This document shows positions 10,901 to 20,100 of a stretch of DNA of 64,000 nucleotides, piece after piece (within the stretch, counting starts at the first letter, position 1; every line of letters starts with the position of its first letter). Source of the DNA: an uncultured delta proteobacterium (GTDB lineage: Bacteria > Myxococcota_A > Polyangia > Polyangiales > JAFGIB01); contig CAVZVA010000005.1 in NCBI GenBank assembly GCA_963778655.1, positions 192,001 through 256,000 of the forward strand. The letters are read 5' to 3'. The position numbers and the translations under genes are program-made. The notes under the pieces are model-generated. The model saw only the letters and a program-made list of their open reading frames with translations. It ran no database searches and was not told the DNA's origin.

Positions 10901-11717
10901 CGCCCGAGACGACCTCGGCCGGCGGGACCGCATCGGCCTCCTGCTTGCGCGCGATCACCTGCATCGGGGTGCCGTCGAACGGCACGTCGCCGGTCAGCGC
11001 TTCGTACAGGATCACGCCGAGCGCGTACCAGTCGGTCGCCTCACTCACGCCCTGCCCGCGACACTGCTCCGGCGACATGTACGCCGGCGTGCCGATGATC
11101 GTGGCGAGCGTCTCGTGGATGTCCTTCTGGTGGTCGACGACGATGCCGAAGTCGAGCAGCACCGCGCGCCGCTGCGGTGTCACCAGCACGTTCTCGGGCT
11201 TCAGATCGCGGTGGAGCTTGCCCGCGGCGTGCACGGCTGACAGCCCCTCCACCACCTGAACCAGCACCGCTCGCAGCCGTTCCTCATTCTCGAGCGGCGT
11301 TGGAAACAGCATCTCGATGCCCTTGATCGGCGCGTCGAAGAGCGCGCCTTGGTCGGGCGGCAGCTCGGAGATCGCTTTGGGCGTCGAGTCGAAGGCGCGG
11401 CGCCGCCCGCCGTGCAGGTAGGAAAGCAGGTCCCTGCCTTCCACGTATTCCATCGTGAAGAACCACTGCTCGCCTTCCGAGAACAGCTCGTGCAAGGTCA
11501 CGAGGTTCGGGTGGGCGACGTCCGCAAGTGCGCGGAACTCCTTCTTGAAGCGGTAGATGCTGCTGGCGTCGACGCTGAGCAGCACCTTGAGTGCCACGCG
11601 GCTTTCGAGCTGGCGGTCGTACGCCAGATAGACCGCACCCATGCTGCCGGCGCCCAGGCGGCGCTCGAGCACGAAGCGCTCGGTCCCGGTGAAGCTGCCG
11701 TCGACGAAATGTGCCAC
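7908..11717 (-). CDS. Ser/Thr protein kinase with AAA ATPase domain and helical C-terminal region
   Basis: LGAGSMGAVY, VALK, HRDLKPEN, DFG, GTPAYMSPE; Walker A GPSGIGKS, Walker B IYIDD; start GTG about 11717-11729. Confidence 0.92.
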   Translation of the reverse strand: MAHFVDGSFTGTERFVLERRLGAGSMGAVYLAYDRQLESRVALKVLLSVDASSIYRFKKEFRALADVAHPNLVTLHELFSEGEQWFFTMEYVEGRDLLSYLHGGRRRAFDSTPKAISELPPDQGALFDAPIKGIEMLFPTPLENEERLRAVLVQVVEGLSAVHAAGKLHRDLKPENVLVTPQRRAVLLDFGIVVDHQKDIHETLATIIGTPAYMSPEQCRGQGVSEATDWYALGVILYEALTGDVPFDGTPMQVIARKQEADAVPPAEVVSGVPDDLNALCMQLLQRDPSKRPDGAAILRALRSKRAASLPVPAETTSKARRPTFVGREAQLRELHAALSVTEGGQPVVLLLQGPSGIGKSSLVHRFIEEIADAEQAIVLQGRCYERESVPFKAFDNVIDSLSRYLRRLAAVDAARVLPRDLEALATLFPVLKRVDVVRRDRRTRAMPLERQELRQRAFRALKEMFGRIADVEPLVIYIDDLQWSDVDSAKLLGELVTGNDRPALMLICAYRSGDSEQSPGLKALLEQVQAGSGVHVRNLPIGVLSPEDSFTLARELLGPETGEEGARKIGFESGGNPHVLTQLVRHVEERRASGRASPETAKGLINFERVLDQRLASLSTDARTLLELLSVAGRPVPEVILALVSSFNIDLPTALAELRGAKLVRGVSSHSLRAVEVYHDAIREAVAGAMSTELLASWHRRLAAALEASGARDLEALTEHLLGAGDHQRASLYAARAATQAEKALAFDKAARLYGIAAEHCPEARQRRELLRHWAGALVAAGRGPAAARAYVEAARAADDPAEATRLTALAGVQQLLSGELDDGLALLQKTLPALGVGLAGSRQEAFSQVAHMWRELRGRGFAFDQRPAAQCDERELSRLDLLWGVTRGLLLHELDRPLPLLARYVFDALELGEPLRIVRGLAFYHVHIDVPFSRLSRLSPSGALDVAEAVARRLDQVEAHAVIAFAKGLSVYENGRLEPALHELQKAEDLYRNHCSGGAFEMRLSRMVMAQLLLIRRQLEDLHLLKDWVREAEDRGDRVSSSRLRMPLVTAFLVSDEADAALTTLDAALEAAGSTPASLTLLTYELVRGLIQLYRGNADGCRASYYLLDEFFTTPMAAAPLQRVQVLLLRARLAIIARAGGDTGRAFLDRARSALKEASRIGLPCFRQDVLLTKASLAMARGNAADALEALEQVLTGSPEPTLAVLVAQRAKGHILQSAEGRRLVELAEQQLGQRGILNPRRVARLFVPGLEEMADRLATHSQPPAA

Positions 11718-11870
11718 GCGCGCAATCACCACTGTACCAAGCGCTCGCGCGCGACGCAGCAGGAGTGCCTCGAAGCTCGCGCAACCCGGTGTGTGGATGT
11801 GGCCGCGGGGCACCACGCGCGCCGGTTTCATGATATGCGAGAGCGGTGGGCGAGGACCGCGGAGGACGAT

Positions 11871-13394
11871 GTGAGCACACGAGCACGAACGCACGACGGA
11901 ATCTATGAAGGTGAGCAGCGCGAGGGACACCTCGCCTTTCTGGGCATTCCGTTCGCCAAGCCGCCGGTCGGGGCGCTGCGCTTCGCGCCGCCTGAGGCGC
12001 CGGAGCCCTTCGACGGGGTGCGCGCCGCGCGCGCGTTCGGGCCCTCCGCGCTGCAGGCGGCCTCCGCGGTGCCCGGAATGAACGCCGAGGGACCGCAAAG
12101 CGAGGACTGTCTCTATCTGAACGTCTACACGCCCGCGCTCGATGGCGCGCGGCGTCCGGTGCTGTTCTGGATCCACGGCGGCGCGTTCACGATGGGCTCG
12201 GGCTCCTCGCCGATCTACGACGGCGCACGGCTGTGCCGTCGCGGCGACGTGGTTGTGGTGACGATCAACTATCGGTTGGGGCCGCTCGGCTACCTGCACC
12301 TCGGCGGGCATGGCGGGCAGCGCTTCGGCGCGACCGCAAACGCCGGCCAGCTCGACCAGATCGCGGCTCTGCGTTGGGTACGGGACAACATCGCGGAGCT
12401 CGGCGGCGATCCCGACAATGTCACCATCTTCGGCGAGTCGGCCGGTTCGATGGCGGTGTGCACGCTGCTGGTGATGCCGGCGGCGCGCGGCCTGTTTAGC
12501 CGCGCCATTGCCCAGAGCGGCGCCTCGCTCAAGCTCCCCACCCCCGAGCAGGCCGCGGTCACGGCCCAGGCGCTACTCTCCGAGCTCGGCCTTTCGGCGG
12601 GTGAGGCCGAGCGGCTGCGCGAGCTTCCGGCCGAACGCATCGTGAAGGCCCAGGAGGGCGTGGCGCGTGCGACCGGCCAGGCGCTCGGCTTTGCGCCGAC
12701 GCTCGATCCCGCCACCATTCCGCTGCAGCCGCGTGCGGCGATTGAGCGCGGCGAGGCCGCTGGCGTGCCGCTGCTGATCGGCACCAACCGCGATGAGCTG
12801 AACCTGTTCACCATGCCCATGCTGCGCGAGCTCGACAAGCCGATGAACGTCGAGCGCGCGGCCTCGGTCTTGGCCAAGGACCTGCCGCGCGCGGATCCCG
12901 CGCGTATCTCCGGTCTGCTCGAGGTCTATCGCCGCTCGCGCGAGGCGCGCGGCCTGCCCCACGGCAACCGCGCGCTGCTGGGCGCGGTGCAGACCGACTA
13001 TCGCTTCCGCATGCCGAGCATCGGCTACGCCGAGGCCTACCGCGCGCGACAGCCGAGCACGTTCATGTACCTGTTCAGTTATGAATCGCCGGCGATGCGC
13101 GGCGCGTTGCGCGCTTGCCACGCGCTCGAGATCCCGTTCGTGTTCGGCACGCTGGATGCGCCGTTCCAGGACCGCTTCGCGGGCAAGGGGCCGCAGGTCG
13201 AGGCGTTGAGCGAGTCGATGATGGACGCCTGGCTGTCGTTCGCGCGCAACGGCAAGCCCGGCCACCCGGCGCTGGGCGACTGGGTGCCCTACGACACCGA
13301 GCGCCGCGCGACCATGGTGTTCGACCAGCGCAGCGCGCTGCAGGACGCGCCCTTCGAAGAAGAGCGCGCCGCCTGGGACGGCCTGCTCGAGTGA
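11871..13394 (+). CDS. Type B carboxylesterase/lipase
   Basis: FLGIPFA, SEDCLYLNV, WIHGG, FGESAG nucleophile, CHALEIPFVF; GGAGG RBS before GTG 11871. Confidence 0.93.
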   Translation: MSTRARTHDGIYEGEQREGHLAFLGIPFAKPPVGALRFAPPEAPEPFDGVRAARAFGPSALQAASAVPGMNAEGPQSEDCLYLNVYTPALDGARRPVLFWIHGGAFTMGSGSSPIYDGARLCRRGDVVVVTINYRLGPLGYLHLGGHGGQRFGATANAGQLDQIAALRWVRDNIAELGGDPDNVTIFGESAGSMAVCTLLVMPAARGLFSRAIAQSGASLKLPTPEQAAVTAQALLSELGLSAGEAERLRELPAERIVKAQEGVARATGQALGFAPTLDPATIPLQPRAAIERGEAAGVPLLIGTNRDELNLFTMPMLRELDKPMNVERAASVLAKDLPRADPARISGLLEVYRRSREARGLPHGNRALLGAVQTDYRFRMPSIGYAEAYRARQPSTFMYLFSYESPAMRGALRACHALEIPFVFGTLDAPFQDRFAGKGPQVEALSESMMDAWLSFARNGKPGHPALGDWVPYDTERRATMVFDQRSALQDAPFEEERAAWDGLLE

Positions 13395-13415
13395 GGGGAC
13401 GCCGAAGAATCGATT

Positions 13416-13440
13416 CTTCCCGCCTTGCCGTCTCCCTGTT
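13416..13440 (-). repeat. 25-bp REP-like repeat copy
   Basis: Reverse complement AACAGGGAGACGGCAAGGCGGGAAG, between convergent genes. Confidence 0.65.
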
Positions 13441-13447
13441 TCTCCCC

Positions 13448-14170
13448 TCACCCCTTCACGCGGATCGCCACCACCAGCTTGGCCAGGTTCTTGAGCACGT
13501 TGGGCACGCGCCGCGCCAGGTGGACCGAGGGCTCGCGCTTCTCTTTGACGCGCACCGGAATCTCCCGGATCGCCACGCCCTCGCGCTCGGCGCGGATCAC
13601 CAGCTCGCTCGCGAACAGGTCCCGGTCCACCACGCAGCGCTCGGCGATCGGGCGCAGCACGCGGGTGCGGCCCGCTTTCAGCCCGTGGGTGTCGGTGCCC
13701 TTGAAGCCGAGCGCGAGGCGCAGCATGCCGTTGATGACGATGCTGCCGAGATGGCGCGTGAGCGGCCGCTCGTCGCTCGCGCCGTCGGCGAGCTTGGAGC
13801 CGATCACCAGGTCGGCGTCGCCGCGCTCGAGGATCTGCAGCGCGCGCACGTAGAAGTCCGTGTCGCACAGGTCGATCTCGTCGCAAAACACGTACTCGCC
13901 GCGCGCCTGCAGGATGCCCTGGCGTAGCGCCTTGCCGTAGTTGCCCTGCCCCGGCTGTCCGACCGAGAAGTACGAGAGTTGGGGAAAGCGCGCCGCCAAC
14001 TCGTCGCAGATCTCGACCGTGCGGTCGCGCGAGCCGTTTTCGGCCAGCACCAGCTCGTAGCTGAAGCTCAGGCGCGCGAGCCGGTCCACCAGGTCGACCA
14101 CGGACGAAGGCAGGATGCCTTCCTCGTTGTAGATGGGGATGACGATGGTGACCTTGGGGGCGTCGCTCAC
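13448..14170 (-). CDS. Glycosyltransferase family 2 (polyprenol-phosphate sugar synthase/DPM1-like)
   Basis: IVIPIYNEE, ENGSRDRT, NYGKALRQG, ADLVIGSK; start 14170 or 14248. Confidence 0.88.
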   Translation of the reverse strand: MSDAPKVTIVIPIYNEEGILPSSVVDLVDRLARLSFSYELVLAENGSRDRTVEICDELAARFPQLSYFSVGQPGQGNYGKALRQGILQARGEYVFCDEIDLCDTDFYVRALQILERGDADLVIGSKLADGASDERPLTRHLGSIVINGMLRLALGFKGTDTHGLKAGRTRVLRPIAERCVVDRDLFASELVIRAEREGVAIREIPVRVKEKREPSVHLARRVPNVLKNLAKLVVAIRVKG

Positions 14171-14311
14171 GGCTGGTCCTGCGAGTGCTCCGAGGGCTGG
14201 GTTTCGATCTCGGATCGTGTCCGAGCGGGCGTCGGACGCTGCGGACACGGTCCACCCACGGCGGCAGTGACGGCGGCGTGGCCGGGACTGTTGCCGAGGC
14301 TCACTCCAGCG

Positions 14312-15439
14312 TCAACCGGAGGCTGCAGATGAAGCGCGAGCCGCGTCCCCCGGCGTCGGGTCCGGCGCGCAGGCCGCCATCACCAGCGCGTGAGCCTGCT
14401 GCAGCTCCAAAGGCAGCGCGCCGGCCGCCGCGGGAATTGCCGCCGTGCAGCCGGCGGCGAGCGAGAGCCGCTCCGCTCCTTTGCCCAGCACCACCCGCCC
14501 TTCCACAACGCTCAGCGCGCGCAGCGCGTTCCAGCCGGGCAGGCGCGTGACGCCGTTGCCGCACACGCGCGCGATGCGTAGCCCGCTCGAGCGCAGCTTG
14601 GCCTCGCCCGCTTCGGGCCCGCACAGCAGCTCGCAGCCGGCCGCCTGCCCGGGTGCCGGCCACCCGTACGCGGCGCGGCGCGATGCGAGCCAGCTCGGGT
14701 CCGCCGCGCGCTCCCAGCGCGTCACCGCGAGCGCGTCGCCTGCGTGCAGCGCACGCGGCGAGCCGTCGGCCGAGGGCTTGCCGCTCGGGTCGTAGCGCCG
14801 CCGCCAGTCCCAGTAGCGGTAGGTGACCCCGCGGCGCCCGGGCGCGACCACCTGCGGCTCGATCAGCGTTACCCCGCGCCCGACCGCGTGCGGAGTGCCC
14901 GGCTCCAGCAGCACCAGATCGCCGCGCTGCACCGGCACGAACGCCATCAGCGCGGCGAGGTCTGCCTCGGCTGCGAGCGCCGCGCGTACCTCCCGCTCTC
15001 CGACCCCGGAGCGAAAGCCGAGATAGAAGCCGGCGCCGGGCTGGTGCGCAACCACGTACCACGCCTCGAGCTTGCCCGCGTCGCCCGCGGCCAGCCCAGC
15101 GTAGCTGTCCTCGGGGTGGATCTGCAGCGAGAGGTCGTCGGCGGCGTCCAGCCACTTGACCAGCAGCGCGCTGCGACCGTCCGTGCGCGGTGGCTCGTCG
15201 CCCAGCCACGCCCGTGGGCTGCGCGCCAGCACCGCGGTCAACGCCTCCCCCTGCTCGGTGAAGCTGGGAAATTCGTCCGAGGTCGACAGCTCCCAGGATT
15301 CGCCCACCTTTGTCTCGGGCGCCACCGAAGCGATGCCGAGCCGCGCCTTGAAGCAGCCGAGCAGCTGGTTGCCACCCCACGGCGTGCGCGAGGGCGGCGT
15401 GAAGTTGTCTGGCTTCAGGGCAATCGGGCTCGGGCACAC
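14312..15439 (-). CDS. manA: Mannose-6-phosphate isomerase, class I (cupin)
   Basis: PWGG, VGESWELS, LLVKWLDA..DLSLQIHP, KLEAWY, GTPHAVG. Confidence 0.85.
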   Translation of the reverse strand: MCPSPIALKPDNFTPPSRTPWGGNQLLGCFKARLGIASVAPETKVGESWELSTSDEFPSFTEQGEALTAVLARSPRAWLGDEPPRTDGRSALLVKWLDAADDLSLQIHPEDSYAGLAAGDAGKLEAWYVVAHQPGAGFYLGFRSGVGEREVRAALAAEADLAALMAFVPVQRGDLVLLEPGTPHAVGRGVTLIEPQVVAPGRRGVTYRYWDWRRRYDPSGKPSADGSPRALHAGDALAVTRWERAADPSWLASRRAAYGWPAPGQAAGCELLCGPEAGEAKLRSSGLRIARVCGNGVTRLPGWNALRALSVVEGRVVLGKGAERLSLAAGCTAAIPAAAGALPLELQQAHALVMAACAPDPTPGDAARASSAASG

Positions 15440-15526
15440 GGCACACCTGCGGGGAGTCAAAAATTTGGAGCCCTGTGGACCGCGCGTAGACTGGGCTCGG
15501 ACGCTTGCGAGCGAGGAGGCCGATCC

Positions 15527-15844
15527 ATGGGGTACACCGGACCAGACCGACGCATCCACAGGGTCTTCGTCACCCGCAACACAGAATACCACGTGCGCAA
15601 GGACACCTGTGTGGGCGTGCGAAACCGCGAGAATGGCGAGTGGCTGCGCAGGCATTTCGCGCTCAACCTGCCGGTCGCGGGGGCGATTCGCTTCTTCGAG
15701 AGCGGCGCGATGACCGCCAATCCGGGCCTGCCCCAGATCGGCGAGTCGATCTACTTCGAGACCCTGGGCCACGACTTGGTGACCAGCTCCGTGGTGTCGG
15801 TTGAGCGACCCCGCGCCGATGTGATCTCCCAGTACGGCGAATAG
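15527..15844 (+). CDS. Hypothetical protein (105 aa)
   Basis: GAGGAGG RBS, ATG 15527, coding-like GC3; RRIHRVFVTRNTEYH motif. Confidence 0.75.
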   Translation: MGYTGPDRRIHRVFVTRNTEYHVRKDTCVGVRNRENGEWLRRHFALNLPVAGAIRFFESGAMTANPGLPQIGESIYFETLGHDLVTSSVVSVERPRADVISQYGE

Positions 15845-15945
15845 GGTAGAGCGTGCCCTGGGCGGGCCGCGGGCGGCCACCGTGTCGCGCCATCCGGGCC
15901 GACCCGCGTCGCCGAACGCCCGCAGGAATGGTATACGGCGGCCTC

Positions 15946-16338
15946 ATGTCCGAGCGGATCGTGCGAGTCGTAGCCGCCGTCGTGGAATCGGGCGGCAAGT
16001 ACCTGATCACGCAGCGTCGGGCCACGGCCGTGCTGCCGAATCTGTGGGAGTTTCCCGGCGGACGCGTCGAGCCCGACGAGCGCGACGAGGACGCGCTGCG
16101 GCGTGAGATCCGCGAGCGGCTCGATGCCGACGTACGCGTGCTGCAGATGATCTCGTTCGTGCGCCACCCCTACGAGCGCTACACCGTCGACCTGCACCTG
16201 TACCAGTGCGAGCTGCTCAGCGACGTGCGCGTGTGCGCGGTGCAGGACTTTCGCTGGATCCGCTCCGACGAGTTCGACGATTTCGAGTTCACGCCCGCCG
16301 ACGAAGCCTCGATGACCAAGCTGCTCGAAGAGCGCTAG
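15946..16338 (+). CDS. NUDIX hydrolase (MutT-like)
   Basis: WEFPGGRVEPDE..EDALRREIRE Nudix box. Confidence 0.9.
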   Translation: MSERIVRVVAAVVESGGKYLITQRRATAVLPNLWEFPGGRVEPDERDEDALRREIRERLDADVRVLQMISFVRHPYERYTVDLHLYQCELLSDVRVCAVQDFRWIRSDEFDDFEFTPADEASMTKLLEER

Positions 16339-16370
16339 CGCGCCCGCGGCAACGCTCTTGCTGGAGGATC

Positions 16371-16395
16371 AACAGGAAGGCGGCAAGTCGGGAAG
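16371..16395 (+). repeat. 25-bp REP-like repeat copy
   Basis: AACAGGAAGGCGGCAAGTCGGGAAG between convergent genes. Confidence 0.65.
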
Positions 16396-16411
16396 GATGG
16401 GGCTCTCACCC

Positions 16412-16945
16412 CTACGCCGGGGCCACGGCGTGGGTGAGCGCGAGCACCTGCAGCAGCAATGCCTGCATCACCTGTCCAAGGTCGCCGGCCTCTTCGGGGG
16501 CGAGCTCGATCTCGCAGCCCAACAGACCCATCACCGCCGGTTGGCCGATCGCGATCACATCCTCGCTGTAGCTGCCGGCCTGACAGGTCTGACCGCGCAC
16601 TTCGCCGTCGGCGACCAAGCTCTCGAGCGCTGCATCTAGGTCGTGCTGGCTCAGCCTGCCCAGGCGGGGGCCGAACGACTCGCGGAACGCGAGGAACACG
16701 GCCAGCGAGAGGAAGTAGCACAGCGCCTGTGCCGCCTGCTGGTCCAGGCTGGTGAGCTCGCTGGCCAGAAACGCCGCCAGCGCGGGCTGATCGCGCTCCA
16801 GCACGCGGAACGCCGCGTCCATGCGCTGCTGGGCCGCCGGCTCGCCGCTGAGACTGCGCACCACGCCGGCCAGCACCTCTTCGGGGACCCGCGCGTAGGC
16901 CGGCATCGTCGCCAGTGCGCCCGGCTGCAGCCACTGGCCGTTCAC
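16412..16945 (-). CDS. Hypothetical protein
   Basis: GGAGG before GTG 16945; coding-like codon usage; helical sequence. Confidence 0.7.
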   Translation of the reverse strand: MNGQWLQPGALATMPAYARVPEEVLAGVVRSLSGEPAAQQRMDAAFRVLERDQPALAAFLASELTSLDQQAAQALCYFLSLAVFLAFRESFGPRLGRLSQHDLDAALESLVADGEVRGQTCQAGSYSEDVIAIGQPAVMGLLGCEIELAPEEAGDLGQVMQALLLQVLALTHAVAPA

Positions 16946-17081
16946 GCTGCCTCCGCGGGCAGCCCGGCGCGCGTGCGGGTGCTCATCGCGGCCCACGATA
17001 CGGCGGCTCGAGGCCGGCGTCAGCTTTCCGCGGCACGCCGGCCGGTCCGCCCCCCCGTGCGAGGCCGCGCGCCGCCTGCGC

Positions 17082-18074
17082 TTACTCGTCGTAGAACAGC
17101 GGTGGTCGCTTGCGGATGAAGCGCAGGATCAGCTCGCGCGCCTCTTCGTCGAGACGGTCGAAACGCACGCCCATGCCGGGCTCGGAATCCATGTCCATCG
17201 GATCGCGCACGAAGCGCACCGTGCCCGGAATCGATTTCTGGAAGCCGCCCGGCAAGGTGACGAACAGGTCGATCGGCGTGCCGACCGGCAGGCTGAGGTA
17301 GGTCGCGACGAACACGCCGCCCTCGGCCACGTCTCCGGAGAAGCCGACGAAGAAATTCGATTCGGTGGTGGCTCCGATGTTGGCCTCCAGCGCTTCCCGG
17401 GGTCCGCTCGGCGTGCTGGGCACGGGCGCGGCTACGGCGGGTGCCGGGGCTGCGGCAGGCGGGGCGGCGGGAGCCGGAGCGGCAGGTGCAGGCGCCGCGG
17501 CGGGGACCGGCGTGGCGGCCCGCGGTGCTGCGGCGGGCGCCGGCGCTGCCGGCCGCGGTGCTGCGGCGGGCGCCGGCGCTGCCGCAGCCGCGGGGGAAGA
17601 AGGCACCGGGCGCGCCGGCGCAGGGGGGGCGGACGCGGCGGCGGGCGCCTTCGAACGCGTTGCGGCTTCCTTGGGCAGGCCCGCTGGTCCCGGGATCGAG
17701 GGCGTGCGCTGCAGGCCCAGCTGACCGGGCGGTCGCGACGGGCGAATCGTCGGCGCTTGCGCCAGCGGATACAGCTTGCTCATCACCTCGGCCAGGGTGC
17801 GGGTGGCGTTGCCGATGCCCGCGTGGCGCGTGCTCACGTCCTGCAGCAACGCCATGGTCTGGCTGAGCGACCCCATCGCATGCCGAACGCTGGCCTTGCC
17901 ATCGACGTCCGAGGACGCGCGCTCGGCTTCGAACAGCGCGCCCACGGCGTGCGCGATGTTTTCCGCGACGCTGAGCACGTCCTGGGGCACGTTGGGATCC
18001 TGCTGCAGCGTCTCGAGCACCGTGCCCAGCAACTGACGACTTTGGGCTGCGGTTGCCGCCCCGATGTAGGTCAT
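17082..18074 (-). CDS. TIGR02266/PilZ-like domain protein with Ala/Pro-rich linker
   Basis: C-terminal ESNFFVGFSGDVAEGGVFVATY..GMGVRF..RKRPPLFYDE; GGAG RBS before ATG 18074. Confidence 0.8.
   Translation of the reverse strand: MTYIGAATAAQSRQLLGTVLETLQQDPNVPQDVLSVAENIAHAVGALFEAERASSDVDGKASVRHAMGSLSQTMALLQDVSTRHAGIGNATRTLAEVMSKLYPLAQAPTIRPSRPPGQLGLQRTPSIPGPAGLPKEAATRSKAPAAASAPPAPARPVPSSPAAAAAPAPAAAPRPAAPAPAAAPRAATPVPAAAPAPAAPAPAAPPAAAPAPAVAAPVPSTPSGPREALEANIGATTESNFFVGFSGDVAEGGVFVATYLSLPVGTPIDLFVTLPGGFQKSIPGTVRFVRDPMDMDSEPGMGVRFDRLDEEARELILRFIRKRPPLFYDE
17520..17584. repeat. In-frame 33-bp tandem repeat (about 2 copies) in Ala/Pro linker
   Basis: CGCGGTGCTGCGGCGGGCGCCGGCGCTGCCG at 17521 and 17554. 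Confidence 0.8.
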
Positions 18075-18230
18075 CTCCGATCCTTTGCCTTGGTGTGGTG
18101 CGCGCGGATTCAGCGTCCGGAGGGTCCCATCATATCTCTGACCTCCCGCGCTGACCACCGCCGCCGTTCAGCCCGGCTGCGGAAGGGAGTCAGGGCTTCG
18201 AGCGCACCCCGAACGCGGCGCGACGGCTGC

Positions 18231-18509
18231 CTACTGCAGCGTCGGCCCGGACCCGATCTTGCCGAAGTGCGCCTCGTGCTTGGCGATCGTTTCGGCCAGC
18301 GCCATGTTGAAGCGCTTGGCGTGCTGCGGCGACATCAGGATCCGCGACAGCAGCCAGCCGGCTTTGCCCTGCACGAACGCGAAGTCGAGCACGAACGTGT
18401 CCTGGCTGCTCGCGACCTGCGCCAGATTGGAAAAGCGCCCCTTCGCGATCTCGTCGTCCGCCTTGATCACGAGGGCCTCTTGGTCCTTGGGTCGGCTCGG
18501 GTTGTCCAT
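18231..18509 (-). CDS. DUF3467-like small protein
   Basis: G.FSNLAQV......FVLDF.......SRILMSPQHAKRF..AL. Confidence 0.8.
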   Translation of the reverse strand: MDNPSRPKDQEALVIKADDEIAKGRFSNLAQVASSQDTFVLDFAFVQGKAGWLLSRILMSPQHAKRFNMALAETIAKHEAHFGKIGSGPTLQ

Positions 18510-18523
18510 GGCAAGCTTGTAGC

Positions 18524-19144
18524 ATGGACGAGGTCCTGTTCTGTCCCTTCTGCGGGGAGGCTTTCGAGGGGCTGACGCACTGCCCCGAGCACGAGCTCGG
18601 CCTGCTGCCCTGGGCCCAGCTGCCGGGCGCGGCCGAACGGGCGCTACCGGAGCGCGAGTCCCTGGCCTGGTTCTCGCCGCGGCTGGGCCGTGGTTGGGTC
18701 GCTGCCAGCGCGCTGCTGTGGCTGCTGGCCTTCGCCGCGTTGCCGCTGGGCAACGTGAGCGGCTCCTTGCACATGGGCGGCAGCATGTTGCAGCTCGCGC
18801 TGCGCGGCACGCCGCGGCTGTGGCTGCTGCCCGTGGCCGCGTGGGCCGAGCTTGCGATTCTCTACCGGCGCCGCAGCCCGCACGCGCTGCGCGGCGCGCG
18901 GCTGGCGGTGGTGCTGGTCGGCTGCGTCCCGCTCCTTTCCGCCGTGTCCACCTGGTTTTCGGCCCGCCGCGCGGTAGCGCTGCTGGCGGCGCGCGACGGC
19001 CAGCAGCTGCAGCTGCACGTGGGCAGCGGACTCTACGCCGTGGCGCTCGCCAGCCTGCCGTTGATCGTCGCCGGCCTGCGTCTGGGGGTCCCGCCGCGAC
19101 GCGCGCACCCTCTGGATCAGGGGCGCATCGATTCGGGGCGGTAG
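18524..19144 (+). CDS. Hypothetical membrane protein with N-terminal Zn-ribbon-like motif
   Basis: FCPFCGE..HCPEH followed by about 4 TM helices. Confidence 0.7.
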   Translation: MDEVLFCPFCGEAFEGLTHCPEHELGLLPWAQLPGAAERALPERESLAWFSPRLGRGWVAASALLWLLAFAALPLGNVSGSLHMGGSMLQLALRGTPRLWLLPVAAWAELAILYRRRSPHALRGARLAVVLVGCVPLLSAVSTWFSARRAVALLAARDGQQLQLHVGSGLYAVALASLPLIVAGLRLGVPPRRAHPLDQGRIDSGR

Positions 19145-20100
19145 ATGTAGCCCTGGTGCTGAAACACGCAGATGCGGTCGCGGCCCTCGTGCTTGGCCTG
19201 GTACAGCGCGCGGTCTGCGGCCTTCAGCAGCTGGTCCTTGGACTTGATGTCGCGGCTCGGATAAACCGCCACGCCGACCGAAACCGTGACGCGCTCGCTG
19301 GCGCCGACGTTCAGGCCGAAGGGCTCGCCGCCCACAGCCCGCCAGACCCGTTCGGCCACCGACAGCGCGCCCGAGAAGTTGGTGCTGGGCAGCACCAGCA
19401 GGAACTCCTCGCCACCGTAGCGCGCCACCACGTCGACCTCGCGCACTGCCTTGAGCAGGCGCACCGAGACTTCGCGCAACGCCTCATCGCCTGCGTTGTG
19501 ACCGTGGCGGTCGTTGACGCGCTTGAAGTAGTCGACGTCGATCATCACGCACGAAAGCGGTTCGCGGTAGCGCTCGGCGCGCTTGAATTCCTCGCTCATG
19601 CGCGTGTGCAGATAGCGATAATTGTACAGCCCCGTGAGATCGTCCTGGATCGCCAGCGTGGAGAGGTGCTCCCTGGCCCGGTTGATCTGATCGTGCATGC
19701 GCTTGAGGCGCAGCAGGTTGTGCAAACGCGCCAGCAGCTCGCGCTCGTCGAAGGGCTTGCACACGTAGTCGTCCGCGCCGATGCGCAGCCCGGCGACCCG
19801 GCTGTCCCCGTCGGCCCTGGCGGTCAGCAGCACCACCGGCAGGAAGGCGTCGTGCATCATGCCTTTGATCAGCCGGCAGCAGTCCAGCCCGTCCAGACCG
19901 GGCATGACCACGTCAAGCAGCACCAGGTCCAGCTCGCCATCGCGCGCCTTGGCCACCGCCTTGTGACCGTCGTCGGCGGTGATGACCTGCATCCCGTTCG
20001 CTTCGAGCAGGGTGCTCAGGTACTCCCGCGTCAGCGCGTCGTCCTCGGCGACGAGTATGCGCGGCGCGCCATCGGATTCTGATGTGGAAGAGGTGTCCAC
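19117..20100 (-). CDS. Response regulator diguanylate cyclase (REC-GGDEF)
   Basis: ILVAEDD, LLDVVMPGLDG, KPF; DDLTGLYN, D.DYFKRVND..GH, RxxD I-site (REVD), YGGEEF. Confidence 0.95.
   Translation of the reverse strand: MDTSSTSESDGAPRILVAEDDALTREYLSTLLEANGMQVITADDGHKAVAKARDGELDLVLLDVVMPGLDGLDCCRLIKGMMHDAFLPVVLLTARADGDSRVAGLRIGADDYVCKPFDERELLARLHNLLRLKRMHDQINRAREHLSTLAIQDDLTGLYNYRYLHTRMSEEFKRAERYREPLSCVMIDVDYFKRVNDRHGHNAGDEALREVSVRLLKAVREVDVVARYGGEEFLLVLPSTNFSGALSVAERVWRAVGGEPFGLNVGASERVTVSVGVAVYPSRDIKSKDQLLKAADRALYQAKHEGRDRICVFQHQGYIYRPESMRP

Noticed and set aside
11718..12311. N-terminal 198-aa extension of the kinase ORF, and the 11349 start of the esterase
   Set aside because: Each extension is the antisense shadow of the divergent gene; real starts are near 11717 and 11871
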